Below, piece by piece: positions 13,001-25,200 of a stretch of 64,000 nucleotides of DNA (position 1 is its first letter; every line of letters begins with the position of its first letter). A model generated the notes under the pieces. The model was not told where the DNA came from and ran no database searches. It worked only from the letters and a program-made list of their open reading frames with translations. The position numbers and the translations under genes were made by a program. This DNA is from Ophelia neglecta (taxonomy: Eukaryota), in the NCBI GenBank assembly GCA_965285935.1, contig OZ260661.1, positions 60,884,001 to 60,948,000 of the forward strand. Direction: 5' to 3'.

Positions 13001-13750
13001 CTAATGTAACTCTATAAAAACTACACCATTTCTTCTTCGAGAGAGCTAAGTTACGTGTGAAATCTGTTCTAAGAGTGCATAAACACACTTTATCTCAGCA
13101 ACACTAAAACATGAGGGTACTGCCGGCGGGGTCATCCCAAAAGTACCGTGCCTTAGGCTTTTCCTTCTTATACATGCACATTAGATTTTCCTGTATCTGT
13201 ATTATACTGAAGGAAATAGCAATAGTTTCCTGACAGGCTTAATGATTTAGTGCTTATTATTAAAATGTCCCAGTGAATGCCCTGTCGAACGTAAGAAACA
13301 GTATATTTGTTTTATCTTGTTATTCCATTTAAAATCAAGCACAAATATCACACATTCGATGATTAAATGCATGATCTGTAACAGCTCACAAACTAAATTA
13401 TATTTCATGTGTTACAAAGTTATCGATGGCAAGTTTGAAATAGCACAACCTTTTCCCTTCTAAAAGTGAATTACAAAATATAATGATAATGTGTTAGGAA
13501 CATTTACAGAAAACCTTTCAGCAGCGATATTTGGCCAAAATATTCAATTTACATTAAAAATAAATCTTATTGTTAGACACCCATATATATTTGTAATTAT
13601 TCTCCAAACTGTGACAACATTTTCTGGCTTGGTACTATATCTCACACCGATACACTTCTAGGAGGGCAGCTTTGTTATGCTACATTATTATTATATAGAT
13701 ATATAACTAAAGTTTGATAATTTTGCTAAAATCGTCCACTCGAATCTCAC

Positions 13751-13762
13751 CATGTTTGATGG
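13751..13762 (-). other. Candidate microexon (or 3' end of a first exon) ending in ATG
   Basis: Minus strand: gatttttctttttgtcag|CCATCAAACATG|gtgaga. Strong pyrimidine tract, CAAAC-ATG invertebrate Kozak-like context, and a donor directly after the ATG. Confidence 0.35.
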
Positions 13763-14129
13763 CTGACAAAAAGAAAAATCACCTACCGACTTACCTCACA
13801 ACATCTTGCCTCTTCACCCACCTACTAACTGAAAGTCAACCGAAGAAATTACTTACTAAAAACGGTTAGATCCGTCTGAACAAATCTACTTCATACCGAC
13901 ACTAAAAGTGAAAAAAAAACTGTAAGGGAGCTTTAAAGGACAAGAAACTCTCCAACCTTCTCTGAAACGAGCCATTTGTTGATATTTCTCTCACCTTTGT
14001 ACCCCGTTTTGATATATTTAAAACTGTGGGCCACTTCAGAAGTAATAAAATAGTAAATACGATATCGCCATGTCAAGCAAATACATATAAAGACGATAAT
14101 ACTTTACCAGGTGTATTAGCATACGCATG

Positions 14130-14169
14130 ATCTGATCATGAGTTGAATATCTTCAACTCATTATCAGAT
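14130..14169. repeat. Inverted repeat, 18-bp stem (1 mismatch), 4-nt loop
   Basis: ATCTGATCATGAGTTGAA-TATC-TTCAACTCATTATCAGAT. Confidence 0.85.
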
Positions 14170-16174
14170 GAGCTAAGGACACGGTTTATACTGTAACATA
14201 ATGAATCCTACCTTTTAGCAAGCATACAACAGAGAGCTCACTCTAACAACTCTCACAACTTCTTCTATTCGGAAATAGAAATAATCTCTGCAAATTACAG
14301 CTGTTTTCATACATATTGATAAGCATTATTTTATATACTTGTTTCCATACACTCTTTATTTGCAAGGTCAGAACCCGCTTTCTTTTGTTTCTTTGACTAG
14401 TTAGTATATCTAAGGTATTTTTTTCTGATAAATGACCACTTTCTTACAATTGACAACATTTCGTGTTCCGCAAAGACAATGACTGAATGCTTTGCCGGTA
14501 GAATTGGCGCAATGACAACATAGATATCATTATTTTGTGCACTTCCATATGGGACCACTGTCGGGGTTTTGTCCATTACCCTTGACAGTTTTACGCTAAC
14601 TACACACATTCAGGGCAGTATGGATTGTAAGAGGCAACTCGGTAGGAGTGTATATAAACTCCATACTAGTGATACTGAACGAAGGGCCATATAGAATCAT
14701 AATATATGCCCTGAAATGGATAATGAAACATCTGGTAAGCTGAGCTGTATAAGACGTGTTGACAAATCACACATTTGCAATGGTAGATGTGAGACGACCT
14801 TTCCCTCTTCTAATCAGATATAAAATACCCAAATGGCGGGTAGTGACATTTCTCATTGCCCAGCTGAATCTGCGTATCTCATCTGTAATTGACATTTTTG
14901 GTGATCCCTGCTTCTTTATTGTGTTTTTCTTCATAGGAGAAACAAAAGGGAAGATTGTCATCCCTGGCCACATAGAGAGTTCAGTAGTGGAAGAAAGATG
15001 CCGGCCGCCATTAGACACCACCCATTATATCCTACACTGACAAAGACAAATCAATGTCTCTTGTGGTTTATGATCAACATTCTCCTAGGCAAAGATACTG
15101 GTCATTTGTAGCCTTCACTTGGTTTGCTTTGTCATTTTTTATATTCATTTATTTCTTGCACTCTTGTTGATTATCCTCACGTTGAAGAAATAGTTCATCA
15201 GCTGCTCCGAAACTTAGTTCTTATTTAAGGGGAAGCAATTTTGACTGTTCCGAATGTCATGAAGCATCTTGTCAAGTCCAGGCACGTAGGTCGTTGGATC
15301 TTAATAATACATCTTAAAATGAGACCAGCAATTATTGCATATGGGAGCAAGAAAAAGTCTTCAAACGAACGATTGTGCCTTGAGTTGAAAAGTCTCTCAT
15401 TTTTCACTTTCAACTAAATTTGTTTTAAATCCAATTTAGAAAATTGCCGAGGGAATGTCGACGTAAGGAACAGAGGAGAGATAGAAATCTCTCTGTGAAA
15501 AAAGCCACACCATCTAGAAGAACTCTGCGGGAGCAGAACATAACCAAAACGAGCAGGTTTACGAGCACACTTTGAGCCCTTCATTTCTAAAATTGTGTAC
15601 TATGTTTTTTATTTCACTAGTGAGACATTGTCTCATTTTTGTGTGGTATAAGACAATGACTACCTCTTAAAATAATGTCAAGAAAATGTGAAGTGTATGG
15701 TGTTTTCAGTCATGTCCGAATTAAATGTAATAGCTCTGCCCATTTGTCTGCCCTGCTTCCTATCTGACACAACTAATACAGGGCCCACATTTGGACCCAG
15801 TCCAGATTTCACTTCTTATCCTTCACCATTTGTTTCATTTGCGTAAGCACTTTAGGGCATTTCACAATAATACTTACATTTCACCGCCGCTGTTAAGGAT
15901 CACCGGTTAATGGCAGGCTTTAATGTTATTCGGTGTAAAAGAGAAACAAAAGTGTATTAGGCGCAATTGTCTTCTGACATTTATGTCAAATCTTGTAATG
16001 AATCGTCATTTTCGCGCAATGCCATCGGTGTTTACGACCTCAATGCTATTCACCAGCTTCAGTTTCGCGATTGGCGTGTGTGCTGTGTCAATTTACAATA
16101 TTGAGCAATTTTCATTGCTTTTAAAGCGACATGCCCCCTATTTAATCGTCCAGATTGTGTCCCGTGATGCAACT

Positions 16175-16220
16175 AGGTGATAGATCAAGGCAAAGGTCAC
16201 GATAATAAGGACAAGGGTCA
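16175..16220 (+). promoter_or_regulatory. Array of co-oriented nuclear-receptor half-sites
   Basis: AGGTGA-t-AGATCA-AGGCAA-AGGTCA ... AGGACA-a-GGGTCA. Confidence 0.3.
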
Positions 16221-19200
16221 CTCGAGACTGATGTTCTAATGATAATCATGGAAATTAGTCCAGTTTATGACATTCGATGTCTCGGGGAAGAAGGCGAGCG
16301 AATCAGTGGCTGATTTGTGATTTACCTTATATGGTGTCATTTGATTAATTCCCATGACACCTGCATACTTCTCTTATTTGGTCATGAAATGGTATTGGGG
16401 ACGCTGTGCCACGAATAGAAATATGTTTTATTACCTTTGTTCAGAACATTACAAAGTTGTTGATTACTTAAACAATGGGGACATGTGACATTCGGTTTGA
16501 CACCCTTTTTTCTCCCATTTGACTTATGTTTTGGTTTGACAAGCAGCCTGACGGGACTTGCCTATGAGTATTGCTTCCCAGCCATCCCAGATACGGCATT
16601 CAGTCGTGTAAACATAGGTCCTTCCTTCTTTATTAAAATGAGACAAATTCCAGTGATTGACTTGGACCAAAAATAAGTTAAGCCCATTTCGTTTGCCTAA
16701 GATAAAATATCCCTTGATGGGGCGAGTTTCACCACAGTGATTCCGCAGTATGGCTGTTTCCATCGCAGTTACTTGTCTGCATGTGGATAAGGACAAAAAC
16801 AATAACAGCGATTGCGTTTGATGCATTGGGTCATCAGACTCAACGGAACCGATCTTTCACCGTGGCAGGGGTATAGCCGCGTTTGGCCATGTTACATCCT
16901 TCCCGCCAAGCCCCAGTCAAAAGAGCGATATCTGTCATGTCTAATTCATACTATAAGCAGACGTGCGATGTATGAGTAGGCAGAGCAGCTTGATCTGCAT
17001 GACAGCTCATATGTCGCTCGATGAAATTTGCCGCAATATTTTGTGAAAGCATTTTTGATCATTGCCTAGACCGAGCGCGGTTGATATGGGTTTTCCGAGG
17101 AGATACATCAAGAACATTTCCAAATAGATGCATTACGCAGTTTTTAACTCGTTTTTCTGAAGACTGATACGACTAATGACATTATGTACTTGAGTAAAGG
17201 TCTTAGCGCCTGCGCAGTCTACCTTTCCGGATGGCCTCTATCTAACTTTTCAAATACGACCCATGGGTCCAAACTCAATAAACTTTCTTAACATTTGGAG
17301 TGATTTGATTTCCCACAATGCAAGTTGGTTTTTCCTCTGAGAAATGAGACTCCCATGATTGCAAAGAGGTTCTTGCCATTCCCGGAAATTCAAATCGATC
17401 CTTCTCTGCCAAGGAAAGAGAAGATAAAAGGTCGCACCATCTCCCAAAATCAATTCGCCTGAGCTGTTTTACGTGTTAGGACAAGATTTCAAGAGCCTTG
17501 GGACTTCATCCTGATATCACAGTGAATGCTAGCCATCCTTTGCATTAGGGACGCCTTGCCTAGAAATCCAGAGACCAGCACTTTGAAATCGCAGATTATT
17601 TTATCGCACCAAACAAGCTTTGCTCGGGGGGATTGTGTGGCATCGCTCAGATCATGTAGCGCCATTAATCACTGACATGTAGAAATATCTACCTCTATAG
17701 AACGAATGTGCCCCCCATGCTTAACGCTGCATTTATATCATTCCGATGGTATGATAGACACGGATAGCATATTATTTATCCGTGGAGTTTTTATTTACAA
17801 ACGAGCTAGCAGTCTCTGTGCTGTATCCGTAACAAAAAAATAGCAAAGACATATATTGGACCGATCAATCATCAGCTAGATAAATACAGATCTACATTCT
17901 CCAGCGTTTTCTTCTCAGGAAAATAGAGTGCACTTGATATGACATTGCAATTAAACGTCATCATGGTATTCTTTACCTGTTCAGCGAAAAAAACACATAT
18001 TTAAGCCAATACTGCTTCACAGTGTGATGTTTTTGCACAGAGAATTGGTGCAGTCTCAAACCCACACTGGAAAAACACGTTAATTTGCATCTAAATCGGA
18101 AATCACAAGTCTTATGAGAGTTAATCAACTCTTGATGAAACATTAAGAAGCAAAAATCCCACCATTGTCCAAGGGATTGGGGGAATTCGAGGCAATTCTG
18201 CGAAGAGTTAATTAGGTACGACAGGACCCACGGCTGATTTATCGCTATGGCATCAGCTCGTATTCTACGCGAATTAAGCTTCATTAAATAAAGGTCGTAT
18301 ATTACATTGCGACGAGCAACAAGTTCAGTGTTGAAGGCATTTATCAGTTGGATATCTGCTGTTCAAAGGGAATGCTGTTTCTCTAAGAGAGTTTGCGGGC
18401 GCTCGGGGAGTGCAGAGATGAATTGGTTTGAAGGAAAGAGAGACTTGAGTCGGGAGGATATGAATGAGGTCTGTGATAACTCGTGGACACTCTTGACAAG
18501 AGGGACGAGGCTGCGCGGATAAGACATGGCCATGTTCATTATTGAAGAACATCCCCTGGGACTATAAACGCTTATTGGGTTATATTTGGGTCTACACTGA
18601 GCTGAATAATGACGATGCCCCAGTAGCTAGCTGTCAGTGGGTTTTAAAATCACGCACAATGACATTGCACAGCAGAATGACATCCTCCCACCTAGCTACA
18701 TACACCTGCATGGACCTATACTCGACTTGTTACAGTATAACGTAGAGCGCTCAAGTTATTAATCAAAAGCACAGACTACTGTTTTGTCTGGCTACAAAAG
18801 TCTCACGTTAGTACACATATGTGCACATGGCCAAGCCGGCTGCATAAAATGTTTACACAAAAGACAATGAGAGACAAACATATCGAAACAAACGCTCAGG
18901 TCGACTGTCGGCTTGAATGCCAAATACCGGTATTTGTCTTAAGTGTTTTGATACATGCTCATGCCCATGCTCGACTGGTCTCCAAAGACTCGGGAGATCC
19001 TGTCAAATAAACTGTGTTATCGCGGAGGTCAACTCAGTGATCAGACTTGCTGATTCCTGACCAGTTTTCTTGACGAAGTAAGACCCCAATAGATCCTCAA
19101 TGTCTGAGCAAATACTCCCCGGCTGCTCGCAGCTAGTGATGTATGTTTTCTATTAAATGTCTCTCCTGGAAACGGCAAAACCCTAATCCCTTCAAATCCA

Positions 19201-22200
19201 CGACAATGCCATTAGATGAGTGCTAAGTAGCGAGTTTCGTGACTCTTCAATAATGGTCAATTAACGGATCCACGCAGTAACAAGACTGGCTTTTATGGCG
19301 CCCCGGAATAAAACCGAAAACTTCCAAGTGGAATTTGGCATGCCATAAGCATTTACAGAATCATCGTGAGCAATACGGGCAGGTAATTTTGCCAGATACT
19401 AAGGCCTTGCTAGAAATCTTAAGGAATATCGAATTTCCTTGGAAAGGCAAACGAGAATGGCTGCCCTTTATCCATTATTGATGATTTTGGTGCGACTTAA
19501 ATTAGACGCTACTTCTGCCAACCATAAACGAAAATGCATTTTATCGATCACTGTTTCGCTATTCACCTATCCCAGAATGCAATTACAACTCATGCAGCCT
19601 TGATCGAGCTCTGCTGACACCAGACCGCGGCTTTGCGTTGCACCATTGCCTGGATACCACTTTTGCAAGGAGGCTGCTGACTGGTTGGAATCGTACATCA
19701 GGCACATCACTCCCGCGACTACATGGTACATATCCGCAAGCCAGACAGAGAAAATAGGACAACCTTGAGAAATGAAGCATGTCGTCTGCTATTCTTGGTG
19801 TCTGCACACAATAAGACTGGGAAAGTCTGAGGCAAGCTTAAAATAGCTACAAGCAATGACTAGAATTATCAAATAGTGTTTCTACACTAGAAAACGCTGT
19901 AAGTAGTATAGAATACAAAGTCAACATTGAAGAGCCCAAGGATACAGTGGACAGTGGTCGGTTATGAATGGTGACCAGGTCAATAAATTACTGCGCTCGT
20001 TTGACCACGGGTGGCCATGCATAAAAGCGGCAAACTTTTCAGGGTCACTGCGCAAGAGAAAAGAGTGCGGGGCCGCTTGTGTTAACTCAAAACTGCAGAT
20101 AAAAGTTACCGAAACTTATAAATAATGCCGTTTATACCCCTTTTGTCGTTACATAATTAGACAGGATACTTTTTTCTTCTACACAGGAACCTACTTGAAG
20201 AATTAGGCATTTTTGCAATAATATTTTCGCACATTTTTCAATGCAAATTATTTCACTGGCACAGGTGGAGCCACTTTTTATTGCACTTTCTCTTTAGTCG
20301 GCCGAAAAAAATAGAATGAAAGTTAATGTATTTTCCTTTAATTGATGAAAAATTCCAATAAAGATTGCCAAAAAAACAAATATGACTTTGTCTGCAATGC
20401 AGGCTAATTGTTATTTGTTCCCTAATTTTCCCTTCGCTCTCTGATGCAAGCCGCGTCAATCAAAAAGGCCGTTAGGGGCCATTACGTGCTTGAAAATACA
20501 ATCTCTTAAAATACGGCGCCAATTGAGGAAGTCATCGGAAACTAGGAATGCCTTAGACACTGGCAGAAACGTCACATGTGGTTGAAAATGGCCAAATTTA
20601 CCAAATGTGAGAAATAATTGAATATTTTACATGCTGAACCATACCCGGTGATAACAAAGATTGGGCAAAATGTTACTTTACGAGCGGTCTTCATATTAGC
20701 CAAGAACGTTCGACCTATTTCCTCCTGTGATAAATGAAGGTAAAATAGTCATTCTTTAGCGTTCGTGAGCCTCTCTTTGTTTAACCGATGAATGAATGCA
20801 GCATTTAGTGCAATGGGACACATTGTCGACTTCTAAATCCAGATTAATGCCTCCAAATGGACAAACTATTGTTTTGCAGAGTCAAATCCTACCCAAGAGA
20901 CACCGAAGAAACTCGCTTAGCAATATTTCTTTGTTGTCGCCGTATCAATTGTTTCTTGCAGTGACAAATTCTATCCACACTGATACCTTTACTTATTTAT
21001 CAATCCGTCTGCTTTATAATTTTTAGTCAACCTAGCCATGTGTTTATGTGGAGTCCATGACGGGAAGAAAATTAAACTCGCATTTCTTGTAAATCAGAAA
21101 AATACTGCAGTTCCTGTTTCGAAGTGCAGGGTTTTGGCCAAAGAAATTCATTCTTCACCAACGTGCAATTTAGAAATATCGAAATTCCAACTAAACATGC
21201 TTTGAGTTTATTCTATATTAACTCCAAGATGTTAAGATTATAAACCATTATTTAATTTTTATGCGTATGTTCAAATAATGCCCTATGTCGTTAGCGAATT
21301 TCCTCATAAGCCTAATTCAGAAAAAAAGGTTGTGAAATATTGTTTGCTTGCTACTACGCATTTTGTTAAATGAAATGGTTATGACAATAAACCATTTTAT
21401 CATTAGCCAATATATAAATAATGCTCTATGACAATAGCAATTTTCTTCAATTAATTCAGATCAAAATATATGTATATATGTGTTGCAGCTAAGCGTTTTG
21501 ATCAGATATAATTCGTTTTTTTTACTAAAATATTGGCCTTCCAACAGCAGTACCTACCATCCGTACGAAATGAAATATGTAGGCATACATGCTGATAATA
21601 TAGACGAAGACAGTTTAAAATAATTTGTCAGAGAAAGCCAAGGCATAATCATAAGACAAATAAACGAATTTAGGCAATTGCTTCATATTTCATTCTGACA
21701 ATTATGACATTTCGTTTGCAATGAGGTGCCAACCTAATATCGTGAAGGAACATCTCCAGTCTCACTTCAGGTAATGGGCCTGCCAAAATGAAATACCTCG
21801 GCTCCTTGCTTTGCAATTTTCCCTCACACCTTAAACTCTTGAGGTTACTTGCTTGCACCTATAAGGTCTTAGCAAATTGAGAGATGGAACGAAAATAATC
21901 GGCCGTCAGAATTTCACACCCGCCGCCATTTATCATTCACATGCTTCTTGTTAAATGAGTTTCAGAGATGAATTATTTAAGAAACTTGGAGGCACTCATC
22001 ACTTTATACTTTCGTAAATGCACAAAGGGCTATTACAGCTACAATGATAATGCATAACAACAATTTCTCCCAATTTCAAATGCATGTATTGTCTTCAATT
22101 TTTAAATTGTTATTTTCGGCTCAAAATACGATAAAAGATTAGCTCAACAAAGACCACGACATATTTATGCCAAATTCCATTCTGCATTTGCAATGGAATA

Positions 22201-25200
22201 AAACTGTCTTTGTGCCTATGAATAGGCAAGCCATGTGTATTTTGATACGTAACTTTAAGTCACAATGCGAGAAAATCGAAAACATTCTTAAATAATACCA
22301 TTGTTTTGTTTTTATATATCAATCGGAATAAACAACGATGAAAAAACATTCTAACACAAGAATTGGCTTTGTTACGAAAATCCAATAATAAAATACGCAC
22401 AGCTTTTTTCCATTTTGAGGGCGAGCAATAATAATTTGATTTTTTTTTTATTTTGAAAGGAATATAATAAGAATTTTGTTTTATATCACCGTTACAGGAG
22501 CCTTCTTACTTGATAAATTCTCAACGATAGTTGTAAACGGAAAACAAGAATGGATAGGCCATTGTAAGCTTTATTAAATTCAATTTGATTCATTCCGATA
22601 TTATACCAGACAACCAGTCTATGTAGTTTTTAATGTTTTGTGTGGAAACGCATGCGAAAAGCACGAGTATTTATTAACATTTTTCCTAGAAATATAGACC
22701 CAATAGACGACAGAAATTCGATAATTATGAGAATTAAATATGAACATTGGTAATTTACAAGTCTTGCTAGGCACTGACTCTGTCTACAATAAAAAGGCAC
22801 ACCACACACTAACATCCACAGTTCTAAACATGCACCTGGCGTAAACGAAATGTGTACCCTTCAGCCCAAGCAGAATTTAGTAATTTAGTCGATTCAGCCT
22901 TAACTGAAATATGTGTTAGCAACGTGTGAATAATTGTAAACATATCGATCTTAAATGTCCCATAAACAACGACCTTTCTTCTAATTCAATGCACACGATA
23001 GCGTCAAGGCCTTTCTAAAACAAGACACCTTGCTCATCAAATTGTGGAAACACGATATGATGGAATATACAATTCCCCTTGAGAATGCATCAATTTTGTT
23101 TTGCTGACACCATAAATGTTGCAGATACTGGAGCTTTTTTATAAAGTATGCAAAAATATATTGCAATCTGTATATTATAACCATTGTCTCCGCATTCTGA
23201 TTGAATCGCAGATAGCATTTTGAAAAACGATGCCAATTTCAAGTCATTTTTCAATTTTGTTTTACTGATAATGAAATTTAGGTTGTTGGAAATGGAAAGG
23301 AGATAACGAAAAAGGCGTCTGTAAAACATCCTTTCTCTCAGATAGATTGGGTATCATATTCCATTGCCTTTCTGTATGTGACAGTGCACGGAATGTGAAA
23401 GATTTTACCTTATTCTCTGACTTCCTGTTCAGAACGCTATCACGTGTACAATATTAAACCATTGACAAGGGATAAAAGCTGAGTTGTACACTCAAAATTA
23501 AACACGATTGCTTCTTATCATTAAGGCCCACCCCGTCATAAACAAATCTATGGAAACACCCATCTTGATAATCGCCATGTTGGATTTGCGACCTTATCAC
23601 AACTACATACTCAAGATGTTCATCCGACACAGAATTATAACTGTTGGTCTTCCCGAAAGCCCACAGAATACAACGTTAGCTTATAAGATTAATCAATAAT
23701 ATCATAGTCACGATCACTTCATAGATTATAAGAATTTCTAAGTATAAGTGAGCGTAAAACAACTATAATCTTATAGCTCTTTCATGATAATATACAGGGC
23801 AGTCCACAGAACATCGGCCATATTGAAAAATTCATACAGTTAGGCAACGCACAGCACTCTTTCTGTCATGAGTATGGCTCTAGTGTACATTGTTGACCCA
23901 CTTTCAGGACAAATCTCCTTATGAAGTTTCCTATCAAACGGTGAGTGTTATTTGCGAAAACAATAAGGGGATAGTATAACATAGACACAGGCAATTCATT
24001 ATATACCCTCAACTTTTTGCCAGCGGAAGATTTTCTTCCTAGGAGACCGTGTAATACGGTGTTTGGGAGAAAAAATAAGGCTCTAGGGTATATAATGCTT
24101 CCATTTTTTATTTAAGTATGCAACTGCTAGTATATCATGTATAATTTGTTGTCAAAAACCTAATCATTAAGGGTATATCTGCATATTTGTTAAGTTTCTG
24201 AAGACAGATTTCCGCCACTGTGATACCAATTGTAGTAATCACCAGGCAACCAAAGTAGCCCGGTCCCCGGCATTGCCTATCAGAGTATCAATTATTATTC
24301 ACAATAGGTTTCTATTTTCATATCATATTTGTAATATGAAGTTAGCAAATAGTATTTATATATATTATATAACTTAAAGGTACCTTGGTTTTTTCAGCCA
24401 AGCCCAAAGCTTGACAATTGATTGTCATATTGTGTAACATTCACAGGGGACAATTTAAATTCAAACACTGTGCATTGGTTAATTATTTGCGAATATCACG
24501 AACCCATATAAGACATCTCAGAGATATTTCTTTAGTGCTATAACTGAAAAAGTTGACTAAGTGGTGCCCTAGAAAAGAGAGAAAATGTCCTACTCGTGGA
24601 ATTTTAGAACGGGAAATGGTTTTCACGCGTTTTCCGTTATGAATTTCCGGCTTGGCTTTGGTAGAAGCATTACTCTGACTATCAGGGGTGACACTCGTAT
24701 ATTTTCTCGGTTGGGCCTTCGTGTCAGCGCCAGCACTCTGTCAAAATTACCGAGCAAATATGTGAGAGGCTACATCGCTTTTTCAACCAGCTTCTTTAGA
24801 GGTGCCAGCCATGATCTATGCTCATTTCGTTAACACTGACAGAAATGCATATTCGCCCTCCTAATTGGGAGCACAATTGGTATTGAAAAATTCTCCAAGA
24901 CATCCCCCGACAGAGAAGATTAGAAGAAGGCAGGCGGAAAGCTCATCAATTTCCCATATTTCTATCAAAACCAACCTCACCTTTGTCAAAATGCTGCTAA
25001 CATGAACAGACAGTGTCGTTTATTTTCGTACAATTCGTCTTACAATATTGCCGCTCTGGTCAGCCAGTAAAGTAATGTCATGACCTTCTTATGGAGCAAA
25101 TTACAATTATATTTCAATATTGGCTCTAATTTATTATTTACACACATACTGATATATATAATAAACCAGCCTTGTCCAGACACCTCCCGAGTAAACACTT

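Noticed and set aside
13283-15474. Similar 18-19-mers TGTCGAACGTAAGAAACAG / TGTCGACGTAAGGAACAG
   Set aside because: Short, with an indel and a mismatch, and the flanks are not homologous.
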